Shown in pieces: positions 41,551 through 49,497 of a stretch of DNA of 64,000 nt (position 1 is the first letter of the stretch; the number at the start of each line of letters is the position of its first letter). The position numbers were made by a program, and so were the translations under genes. The stretch comes from an uncultured Oscillospiraceae bacterium (GTDB lineage Bacteria; Bacillota; Clostridia; Oscillospirales; Acutalibacteraceae): NCBI GenBank assembly GCA_900542375.1, contig UQNI01000001.1, positions 2,821 to 66,820 of the forward strand, in the 5' to 3' direction. Below the pieces are notes generated by a model. That model was given only the letters and a program-made list of their open reading frames with translations. It ran no database searches and was not told where the DNA came from.

Positions 41551-42453
41551 ATGAAACACTTGTTAAAATTGTTGGATTTAACAACAGAAGAGATTGAAGA
41601 AATCCTGAATTTGGCTGACCAATTAAAATATGAATTAAAACACGGAATTGAGCATCACCATTTGAAAGGCAAAACCTTAGGTATGATTTTTGCCAAAGCA
41701 TCTACCAGAACCCGTGTTTCTTTTGAAACAGGTATGTATCAATTGGGTGGATATCCTATGTACTTATCTGCAAATGATATGCAAATTGGACGTGGAGAAC
41801 CAATTGAAGATACCGCAAGAGTGTTATCCCGCTATTTGGACGGAATTATGATTCGTACTTTTGAACAAAAGCAAGTAGAAGATTTGGCAAAATACGGCTC
41901 TATTCCGATTATCAATGCTTTGACAGATTTTGCTCATCCATGTCAAGTGCTGGCTGACCTGATGACTATTCGCGAAAGAAAAGGTGCTTTGGAAGGTCTG
42001 AAAGCATGTTATATTGGAGACGGCAACAATATGATGCATTCTATTATTGTAGGATGTTTGAAGATGGGTATGTCTATCAGTGTAGCATGTCCGGAAGGTT
42101 ACCGTCCCGATAAAGAAGTGTTGGAGTTTGCTTCTCAATATGAGGGCTTCGAGATGACGGATTCTCCTGCAACTGCCGCAAAAGATGCAGACGTGTTGTT
42201 TACAGATGTATGGGCCTCCATGGGTCAGGAAGGTGAGGCTGCCGAAAGAAGAAAAGCATTTGAAGGTTACCAAATCAATGCAGAGTTGATGAAATTAGCA
42301 AAACCTGATGCTATGGTACAGCATTGTTTACCTGCACACAGAGGAGAAGAAATAACAGCGGATGTATTTGAGTCTCACGCAGACGAGATTTTCGATGAAG
42401 CCGAAAATCGTTTGCATGCACAAAAAGCAGTATTGGTTACTTTAATGAAATAA
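41551..42453 (+). CDS. argF: Ornithine carbamoyltransferase
   Basis: STRTR, HPCQ, HCLP motifs. Confidence 0.96.
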   Translation: MKHLLKLLDLTTEEIEEILNLADQLKYELKHGIEHHHLKGKTLGMIFAKASTRTRVSFETGMYQLGGYPMYLSANDMQIGRGEPIEDTARVLSRYLDGIMIRTFEQKQVEDLAKYGSIPIINALTDFAHPCQVLADLMTIRERKGALEGLKACYIGDGNNMMHSIIVGCLKMGMSISVACPEGYRPDKEVLEFASQYEGFEMTDSPATAAKDADVLFTDVWASMGQEGEAAERRKAFEGYQINAELMKLAKPDAMVQHCLPAHRGEEITADVFESHADEIFDEAENRLHAQKAVLVTLMK

Positions 42454-42456
42454 TCG

Positions 42457-42492
42457 AAAAGAGATACAGCAATCAGCTGTATCTCTTTTTTT
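42457..42492 (+). terminator. Rho-independent terminator after argF (copy 1 of a duplicated terminator)
   Basis: aaaaGAGATACAGC-aatca-GCTGTATCTC followed by ttttttt. Confidence 0.85.
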
Positions 42493-42661
42493 ATTCCGTT
42501 GCAATCAACAGTTGTAAAGAAAATATTTCAGTTTTATATCTGATATATTATTTGTTGGAAATAATCATTAATTGCTATATTTTAATATATAATTTTATAA
42601 GAGATGTCAATTGATATAAAAGTAAATAGTTAAAATGTAAAAATATTTTTCATGTAATCTA

Positions 42662-42710
42662 TTGACAATTTATAAAAATTGCCATATGCTTTAAGTTAGC
42701 GTATGCTAAC
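42662..42710 (+). promoter_or_regulatory. Promoter (TTGACA-17-TATGCT) followed by the 16-bp palindromic operator GTTAGCGTATGCTAAC (42695-42710)
   Basis: Read directly from the sequence. The same 16-mer, as its reverse complement, sits in the equivalent position of the zupT promoter. Confidence 0.6.
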
Positions 42711-42776
42711 CTATTGGAAGATGATAAATCGTGAACAATTCCATTAAAAATTAAAATGGAATTAGGGAGGAAGAAC

Positions 42777-45317
42777 ATGAAAAAGAATTTAAAAATGATA
42801 TTGGGGAGTGTATTAATATCGTCGTTGATGCTTACTCCTCTAGCCACAGCATCTGCTGCAACCAGTATGAATCACCCTGCAGAAATAGATGCTATGAGCA
42901 GTGCTACGACCGTACAGCCTGAAGATATCATAACAGATGGTGTGACGAAACGAGAGATTACATTAAATACTGGTATCGCAATTTATAAGGTTGACGTATA
43001 TGTATCAAGCTATGGTGCTATGATAGAAAACATAGTAGATAAAACAACAGATGCACCGGGTTGGACAGCAAATGTATGGGAAGTATTTAAAGAAGAGGGC
43101 GGGCTGACCAAGTATGTTGGGAAAACATACGCAGAAATTAAAAATATGCCGCTGCCAAGTGAAATGCCTGTTATGGGTGGTACTGACTCGACACCGCCGG
43201 ATTTTCACAATAAGATATTAGAGTTAATTACGGAATTAGAACAGGAGCCAAATGCGGGAGAAAAGACAGCGAAAACCGAGTTAGCAAAAGCTGTGTACGA
43301 AGCAAGGAGTCTTTATGAACAGAAAGACGGAGATGAATATGAGTCTTCTTCTATGGCAAAGTTGGTAGAAAAATATGAGAAGGCCATGTCTGTTCTGAAG
43401 GATAACAGAGCAGATCAAACTACAATTTATAATGCAGTGTCAGAACTGAGAGAGGCTTTGGAGTCTTTAGCTTATGCACCCGCTGACTGGACTCGATACA
43501 AACATTTGATGGAACAAGCAGAAACAATCATTGCGAATGAACAGGAGTATACACGAACCAGTATTGCCCAGTTACGACAGGTTCTGTCTGATGTCAAACA
43601 AGAGGCAGAGCGGGGCGGAAATACCAAAAGTAAAGTAAAGACTTTGGAGTCTAAACTGGAAAATGCCTTAAATGCAGTGGTAAAACAGAGTCAGGCGGGG
43701 AACAGATTCACAATAAATGCCAAAATAGGACAGGCGGGGGATAGTGAGACTCCATCTATGGCCAATGCATTTATGAATCCTCATGTTCTTCTAATAGAAA
43801 ACGAGGGTGAAAGTGTATACCAGATATCCTTTAAAAAAGACAAATTTCAAGGAATAACAGCCAATATTTTAACAGTAAAGCATATAGAGAATGGCAAAGA
43901 AGTTTTGGCAGAGGAAAGTACCGGCATAGGCGAGTATGATAAGGTATTTACCATTAAAAGACAGAAATCCGGAGAAAAAACGATAGATGTTCTGCTTGGG
44001 GCAAAAATGGCCGGACCCGATGTCAGTGAAATGCCCGCTGTGTTAGTGTTGGATACTACATCAAAGAGGGCTGAAGGAGAAAGTTTAAAACAGGCCGATA
44101 AAGCAGAATTAAAAAAAGTAATTGATGAAAATAAGACAACTTATGATGAGGTTTTGGCAGGAGAATATAAAGAAGAAGGCTCTAGAAGTTTTCTGAATCT
44201 TTATAATAAGGCTCTGATGGCACTTGAAGATGTAACCGCAACTGAAGAGACAGTTGACAGTGCAGCAAAATATTTAAAATCTGCAAAAGAGATTTATCTT
44301 GTGCCTAAAAAAGTGGATGATTTTACACGTGTACTTGTAGCAGCAGAGGAGAAAAAGGCAGAAGATTATACAGAAAAAAGCTATGCAGTATTAAAAACTG
44401 CTATAGACGAAGGAAAGGCAAATTGGAGTAAAAGGAGCACTTTAACAAATGCTCAGCTTCAGCAATTAATTGATAAATTGGAAGAGGGCATGCAAGGGTT
44501 AAAACCAGCTGGAACTCCGGAAGAACCGTCAACCGACATACCCCCAATGGAACAGCCGGGTACGGACATTCCAAAAAATGAAATCAACTTGCAAAATGGT
44601 GAATATACATTGAAGGGGGCTCTATATAACTTTAATAGCCCAGATAAACTATCTATGGCAAATCAAGGACTGGAACAACCTTTGTCTGTGATTGCAAAGG
44701 ATGGAACATACAGATTAAGAATGAATATGAATACGATAAAACTCGGAACTTCAGAAGGAGCACTCAGCAAAGTGTCATACTTTGAAGGAAACTTAAAAAA
44801 TGATTCGGATATTATAGCATGGGGTACAACATCAGACGGCACAAAATATCCTAAGACTGTAGAATTCCCTGTAGCATATAAAGCTGATTCCGTAACATTA
44901 GAAGTGTTTGTGCCAATCATGGAAAAAATTGCACCGGGACATGGAACACAAAAAGTTTTATTAAAATTAGATTGGTCCTCTTTACAGACGTCTAAGTTAG
45001 ATGAAACCGTAATTCATAAGGAGAATGGTGGAGAGAATACAGGTCACACAGATAAAAATGGGGCTAGACAAACCAAAGAGATTCATCAAAATCAATCTGT
45101 ACCACAAACGAATATAAATTCAGAAACGTCTGAAATAAAAAAATCAGAGGAAAAAGTAATATCAGCAACTAATGTTCAAAAGGAGAGTGGAACAACAGAT
45201 ATCAATTCTCCAAAAACAGAGGACTGCAGTAATTTAATAGGCTACTTATGTTTATTTGGTTTTATTATTTCAGGAGGATTGATTGCGATATGTAAAAAAC
45301 AGAAAACAAATGATTAA
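42777..45317 (+). CDS. Large secreted surface protein: signal peptide, helical FIVAR-like repeats alternating with two NEAT-like beta domains, C-terminal SPKTE + hydrophobic + KKQK anchor
   Basis: ATG after AGGGAGG. Signal peptide MKKNLKMILGSVLISSLMLTPLATASA. NEAT-like segments around SMANAFMNPHVLLIENEGESVYQISF and SMANQGLEQPLSVIAKDGTYRLRMNM. C-terminal SPKTEDCSNLIGYLCLFGFIISGGLIAICKKQK. Confidence 0.8.
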   Translation: MKKNLKMILGSVLISSLMLTPLATASAATSMNHPAEIDAMSSATTVQPEDIITDGVTKREITLNTGIAIYKVDVYVSSYGAMIENIVDKTTDAPGWTANVWEVFKEEGGLTKYVGKTYAEIKNMPLPSEMPVMGGTDSTPPDFHNKILELITELEQEPNAGEKTAKTELAKAVYEARSLYEQKDGDEYESSSMAKLVEKYEKAMSVLKDNRADQTTIYNAVSELREALESLAYAPADWTRYKHLMEQAETIIANEQEYTRTSIAQLRQVLSDVKQEAERGGNTKSKVKTLESKLENALNAVVKQSQAGNRFTINAKIGQAGDSETPSMANAFMNPHVLLIENEGESVYQISFKKDKFQGITANILTVKHIENGKEVLAEESTGIGEYDKVFTIKRQKSGEKTIDVLLGAKMAGPDVSEMPAVLVLDTTSKRAEGESLKQADKAELKKVIDENKTTYDEVLAGEYKEEGSRSFLNLYNKALMALEDVTATEETVDSAAKYLKSAKEIYLVPKKVDDFTRVLVAAEEKKAEDYTEKSYAVLKTAIDEGKANWSKRSTLTNAQLQQLIDKLEEGMQGLKPAGTPEEPSTDIPPMEQPGTDIPKNEINLQNGEYTLKGALYNFNSPDKLSMANQGLEQPLSVIAKDGTYRLRMNMNTIKLGTSEGALSKVSYFEGNLKNDSDIIAWGTTSDGTKYPKTVEFPVAYKADSVTLEVFVPIMEKIAPGHGTQKVLLKLDWSSLQTSKLDETVIHKENGGENTGHTDKNGARQTKEIHQNQSVPQTNINSETSEIKKSEEKVISATNVQKESGTTDINSPKTEDCSNLIGYLCLFGFIISGGLIAICKKQKTND

Positions 45318-45538
45318 AGAATAGGGAATTTGGTACATTTTATGTTCATTCAGATAATTAATATTGATGTGTCGTCATGACAGAGTTTTCTTCCTTTCAT
45401 ATGTCATAATATCACTGTCAAATGTCATTAAATAGTACATAAAAATTGAATTCATTTTTATCAGATGATATGTCATATGAGGTATCGTATCAAATGGGAA
45501 CTCAATATAATTCAAGTGAAATGGGATATCGCATGAAT

Positions 45539-45576
45539 GAAAAGAGATACAGTGGTAAACTGTATCTCTTTTTTTG
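45539..45576 (+). terminator. Rho-independent terminator (copy 2 of the duplicated terminator)
   Basis: aaaaGAGATACAG-tggtaaa-CTGTATCTC followed by ttttttt. Arms and T tract are identical to 42457-42492. Confidence 0.85.
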
Positions 45577-45749
45577 AAGTTTAAGTAAAAAATGAATGGA
45601 ATCAAACATTAAATATCAATTTCAGTTATGATAAAATAAAAATACAGTTTATATGTATATGCTGCCTTAACCGTATCAATAAAATGTTGAAAATTTGTTT
45701 TCTCTCTCTATGTTGTCTCATCAATTGGTTCGTGAGACTGGCATTTTTC

Positions 45750-45804
45750 TTGACAAAAAGGAATAGGACTGCTATTCTATACATATGAGTTAGCATACGC
45801 TAAC
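45750..45804 (+). promoter_or_regulatory. Promoter (TTGACA-17-TATTCT) followed by the operator GTTAGCATACGCTAAC (45789-45804)
   Basis: Read directly from the sequence. Same architecture as 42662-42710. Confidence 0.6.
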
Positions 45805-45824
45805 TCTATAGAAAGGAAAACGAT

Positions 45825-46625
45825 ATGAACAATGTTTTTCTCGCATTTGCTCTTACGTTAATTGCAGGATTAAGTACCGGAATCGGCAGCTGTATCGCAT
45901 TTTTTGCAAAACATACCAACAGAAAATTTTTATCCATCAGTCTTGGTTTTTCTGCAGGTGTTATGATATATGTTTCGATGATAGAAATATTTGTAAAAGC
46001 ACAAGATTCCCTAGTATCTGAACTTGGAAAAATAGCAGGTAACTGGGTTACAGTAGGTTCTTTTTTTGGAGGTATGCTGGTCATTGCAATCATTGATAAA
46101 TTAATCCCTTCAGAAGAAAATCCTCATGAGCTAAAATCGGTGGAAGATGAAAATAAAAAACCTCCAAAACATTCCAAACTGATGCGCATGGGCGTTTTTA
46201 CAGCACTTGCAATCGCCATTCATAACTTTCCGGAAGGATTGGCTACATTTGTTTCTGCTATGCAGGAACCCAGTGTTGCAATTCCCATTGTAGTTGCCAT
46301 TGCAATTCACAATATACCGGAAGGAATTGCTGTTTCTGTTCCCATTTATCAGGCAACGGGCTCTAAGATGAAAGCCTTTTTATATTCTTTTTTATCAGGT
46401 TTGGCGGAACCTGTAGGTGCGTTAATCGGTTGGCTAATTTTAATGCCGATTATGAATAATGTTGTATTTGGTGTTATTTTTGCAGGAGTCGCAGGTATTA
46501 TGGTATTTATTTCATTTGATGAACTTCTTCCTGCTGCCAGAGAATATGGAGAACATCATTTGTCCATTTATGGTTTAATTTCCGGAATGGTAGTTATGGC
46601 AATTAGTTTGCTGCTGTTCTTATAA
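45825..46625 (+). CDS. zupT: ZIP-family zinc transporter ZupT
   Basis: About 8 TM helices. Conserved AIAIHNFPEGLA and AIAIHNIPEGIAV motifs. Confidence 0.92.
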   Translation: MNNVFLAFALTLIAGLSTGIGSCIAFFAKHTNRKFLSISLGFSAGVMIYVSMIEIFVKAQDSLVSELGKIAGNWVTVGSFFGGMLVIAIIDKLIPSEENPHELKSVEDENKKPPKHSKLMRMGVFTALAIAIHNFPEGLATFVSAMQEPSVAIPIVVAIAIHNIPEGIAVSVPIYQATGSKMKAFLYSFLSGLAEPVGALIGWLILMPIMNNVVFGVIFAGVAGIMVFISFDELLPAAREYGEHHLSIYGLISGMVVMAISLLLFL

Positions 46626-46663
46626 TGTATGGACTTTTTATTGAAATATAAAAACAAACAAAG

Positions 46664-46701
46664 AAAAACCTCCATTGGATATTTATCCAATGGAGGTTTT
46701 T
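46664..46701. terminator. Bidirectional terminator between the convergent zupT and rubrerythrin genes
   Basis: aaaacctccattggata-ttt-tatccaatggaggtttt. Confidence 0.8.
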
Positions 46702-46741
46702 GCAAAAGTCTACCTTTTATATGTAAATACAGAAAATAGGC

Positions 46742-47287
46742 TTAATAATTCTCAGCTAAAATTTGGAAGAAGGATTGAGGATGTGCACATACAGGACAAA
46801 CCTCAGGTGCTTTTTTACCAATTACAATATGACCGCAGTTTGCGCATTGCCAAATGGTATCCCCGTCTCTTGAGAATACAATGCCTTCTTCAATGTTAGA
46901 TAATAGCTTGCGATATCTTTCTTCATGGTGTTTTTCAATTTCACCAACTTTTTCAAATAAGAATGCAATATGGTCAAAGCCTTCTTCTCTTGCTTCGACA
47001 GCCATTTTTGCATACATATCTGTCCATTCATAGTTTTCTCCGTCCGCAGCGTCTTTTAGGTTTGCCATAGTATCAGGCATTTCTCCGCCATGAAGCAGTT
47101 TAAACCAAATTTTTGCGTGTTCTTTTTCATTATTTGCTGTTTCTAAGAACAGTGCTGCAATTTGTTCATAGCCTTCTTTTTTTGCTTTGCTTGCATAGTA
47201 TGTATATTTGTTTCTTGCTTGGCTTTCTCCGGCAAATGCTGCCATTAGGTTAGCTTCTGTTTTGGTTCCTTTTAAATCTTTCATCAT
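46742..47287 (-). CDS. rbr: Rubrerythrin (ferritin-like di-iron domain + C-terminal rubredoxin CxxC...CxxC)
   Basis: [24 protein letters not shown] ... WQCANCGH ... CPVCAHP. Confidence 0.95.
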   Translation of the reverse strand: MMKDLKGTKTEANLMAAFAGESQARNKYTYYASKAKKEGYEQIAALFLETANNEKEHAKIWFKLLHGGEMPDTMANLKDAADGENYEWTDMYAKMAVEAREEGFDHIAFLFEKVGEIEKHHEERYRKLLSNIEEGIVFSRDGDTIWQCANCGHIVIGKKAPEVCPVCAHPQSFFQILAENY

Positions 47288-47320
47288 TCATTTCTCTCTT
47301 TCTATAAAATTTAATAGTAA

Positions 47321-47380
47321 AATAAGAATAATTACTATTATTGTTATTTTAATCATACTACATACTATGAATTTTGTCAA
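47321..47380 (-). promoter_or_regulatory. Rubrerythrin promoter (TTGACA-17-TATGAT on the minus strand) with a downstream AT-rich imperfect palindrome (47321-47339), a candidate PerR/Fur-family box
   Basis: tgtcaa at 47375-47380 and atcata at 47352-47357 on the plus strand. AATAAGAATAATTACTATT matches its own reverse complement at 14 of 19 positions. Confidence 0.35.
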
Positions 47381-47619
47381 ATCTTTTTTTTATTATCTTT
47401 TCACTGAGGGATATCTTCATTATAACACTATTTTTTGGTAATTTATAGAGATTGAAAATGGAAGCAACATCTTTGTATTACTGCACAAATATAGGAAAAC
47501 AAAATCGTGTATTTCCCTCTTGAATCATTTACATTCGTTGTTCTTATACATATTTAACTTTCTATTTTTTAAGATTAGACAATAAAAGAAAAGAATCTGC
47601 CTTGGCAGATTCTTTTCTT

Positions 47620-48951
47620 TTATTGGGTTAGTGTACCGTTGTCGGTCTCAATTAAAATTAGAATTTGTTCTTCCATGCCGGTCTCACTGTTGATATACAC
47701 CAATACTTGTTCATCATTTTGACCGCGGCATAGAAATTCATAACACAAAGGCTCTTCCTCTCTTGTAGTTGGAATCACTGCCATTCGTGATGATTCAATG
47801 GTCAAATGATCGCTGACTTGCTGTCTTGCAGATAATTCACCGATAACAGGTGTTTGCGTTTGTCTTTCTTTATGATTCATAAGAAAATTATCGGCATTAT
47901 ACTCTACAATTTCTCCCGTATCCATTGCTACAGATACTTTAATCAAATCAGAGTAATACACAACATTATCTTTACTGTAAGCATATTGAATGGTACACAT
48001 GTTATTATAAATTACATAGTACGTTTCAACAAACTCTTCTTGATAAATACTGCTTAAATATTGTTTGGCATACTGTTTGGCTTCTTCTAATTGCAAAGTA
48101 ATGGTATCAATTGGTCTTGCATTCATAAAGGAGGACAAATATCCGCCTTGTTTTGTAACAGAAATGTGTGTAGTGTCCGTATTAAAATTGTATACAGGTA
48201 GGTTGCCTTCCGTATCGTTGGTATGAGTTAATGTGTTAGGGTCTGCATATAAATATTGAGCAGCCATTTGTTTTGCTTCATCAACAGAAACGGTTTGTGC
48301 ATTGGCAGTCATTTCAGCTGTTTTCTGTGTCATATGGTCTGAAAAGGGGCCATCGTAAATTAAAGTAGGATAGTTTGCGAATTCTTCAGCGGTAGAAAGA
48401 AAATAATCCTCAAAAGGAGGTTGCTTGCTTTCTAAGTTTCGGAGCATTTCTTCCGATTGCCCAATGACTACTTCTTGTTCGGCAATATTCTCTTGAATTT
48501 CATTTAAATTGCCGGCAAGAATATTACAATATTGAGAAAATTGTTGAAGAATATTTTTATCTTCATCACTTAACGATTCTCCTACAGATAGTTTTGAAGA
48601 GATAGAGGAGGCAAAATCACCCACCTGTGAAATGAACTTATTTACGTTATTTAAGGAATCATTTCCAATAGGAAGAACAGCGAGCGCTGCTTTGGCTCCG
48701 CTGGTATTTTTCATTAATCTGCCTGCCATACCATTTTGCTGTGAAGATGTATTTGCATAATTTGCTTTTGTCAATGTTACATTCATATCGTTTACATGGG
48801 TGTTTAAATCATTCAGCGCCCTGCGATATGTGTATTCCAAATCTGTTCGATAGGAAGCGGCTTGTGCATATCCTATCCAAGTAAATGCGCTCAATATAAA
48901 AATAATTGTAATGATTATACTTGAAATTTGTATTATTCTTTTGGTGGACAT
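47620..48951 (-). CDS. ypeB: Spore germination protein YpeB (N-terminal anchor, YpeB domain, C-terminal PepSY repeats)
   Basis: N-terminal TM helix, YRTDLEYTYRRALNDLNTHVNDMNVTL, C-terminal PepSY-like repeats. Confidence 0.85.
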   Translation of the reverse strand: MSTKRIIQISSIIITIIFILSAFTWIGYAQAASYRTDLEYTYRRALNDLNTHVNDMNVTLTKANYANTSSQQNGMAGRLMKNTSGAKAALAVLPIGNDSLNNVNKFISQVGDFASSISSKLSVGESLSDEDKNILQQFSQYCNILAGNLNEIQENIAEQEVVIGQSEEMLRNLESKQPPFEDYFLSTAEEFANYPTLIYDGPFSDHMTQKTAEMTANAQTVSVDEAKQMAAQYLYADPNTLTHTNDTEGNLPVYNFNTDTTHISVTKQGGYLSSFMNARPIDTITLQLEEAKQYAKQYLSSIYQEEFVETYYVIYNNMCTIQYAYSKDNVVYYSDLIKVSVAMDTGEIVEYNADNFLMNHKERQTQTPVIGELSARQQVSDHLTIESSRMAVIPTTREEEPLCYEFLCRGQNDEQVLVYINSETGMEEQILILIETDNGTLTQ

Positions 48952-49157
48952 TGCAAATTCCGCCTTTCTAAATCACCAAATATTTACGTTATTTTTTGCG
49001 AAAAAAACATAATTATGCAAATGAAGCAGAATTTAATAAATATTCATGTTTTTGCGCTGTATTTGTGGTAATGTTAAAATAATAGAACTATCCATTTTCT
49101 TGTCTGCTTATAGTAAAGGGCGAAAGGTGAATGCAGTATTCGGCAGATAGACGTTTT

Positions 49158-49286
49158 TATGCTGTAACAACCTAGCAACAGCAACAAAACTAACATTGAA
49201 AGGAACATCTTTCAATATTCAAAATTTTGACTGTTGTCTAGAACGTTTTAACATTTATTTGTTAGAAATTGCAAAGCAATTTCTCA
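49158..49286 (+). repeat. Tandem unit A (129 bp = the 100-bp unit with a 29-bp net insertion in the hairpin loop)
   Basis: Aligns with unit C apart from a few substitutions and the extra aacattgaaaggaacatctttcaatattcaaaa, which forms its own hairpin. Confidence 0.85.
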
Positions 49287-49386
49287 TATGTTATAACAAC
49301 CTTGTAACAGCAGTAAAACTAAAGTTTTGGCTGTTAGCAAGAACGTTTTAGCGTTTTATAGTTAAAAATTGCAACGTAATTTTTTT
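49287..49386 (+). repeat. Tandem unit B (100 bp, the more diverged copy)
   Basis: Begins just downstream of promoter TTGCAA(49269)-17-TATAAC(49292). Contains the TAACAGC...GCTGTTA hairpin, AGAACGTTTTA, and an AT-rich hairpin with a T run. Confidence 0.85.
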
Positions 49387-49486
49387 TATGCTATAACAAC
49401 CTAGCAACAGCGGCAAAACTAAAGTTTTGACTGTTGTCTAGAACGTTTTAACATTTATCTGTTAGAAATTGCAAAGCAATTTCTCA
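49387..49486 (+). repeat. Tandem unit C (100 bp)
   Basis: Begins just downstream of promoter TTGCAA(49369)-17-TATAAC(49392). Contains the CAACAGC...CTGTTG hairpin, AGAACGTTTTA, and the AGAAATTGC-aaa-GCAATTTCT hairpin. Confidence 0.85.
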
Positions 49487-49497
49487 TATGTTATAAT
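49469..49497 (+). promoter_or_regulatory. Proximal ruvC promoter, with its -35 embedded in a 21-bp palindrome
   Basis: TTGCAA-17 nt-TATAAT with an extended -10 TGt. The palindrome AGAAATTGCAAAGCAATTTCT covers the -35. Confidence 0.6.

Noticed and set aside
41043-41559. 152-aa and 104-aa minus-strand ORFs
   Set aside because: They are antisense to argD and to the argD-argF junction. There are no ribosome-binding sites, and argD is unambiguous.
42888-42911. DAMSSATT just after the signal peptide of the surface protein, as a possible ApbE flavinylation motif (DxxSGAT)
   Set aside because: The key glycine is replaced by serine. There is no FMN_bind domain upstream of the motif, and no apbE or fmnB gene is nearby. 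The resemblance is too weak to claim.
45375-45605. 76-aa minus-strand ORF and a 27-aa plus-strand ORF (45494-45577) in the cassette's 3' region
   Set aside because: The minus-strand ORF has a TTG start with no RBS and runs through the terminator. The 27-aa ORF has a possible GAGGT 10 nt upstream, but it ends inside the terminator T tract and nothing else supports it.
45689-45702. GAAAATTTGTTTTC upstream of zupT as a Zur-like inverted repeat
   Set aside because: It has only 5-bp A/T-rich arms, lies ~50 bp upstream of the -35, and has no counterpart at the other co-regulated promoter.
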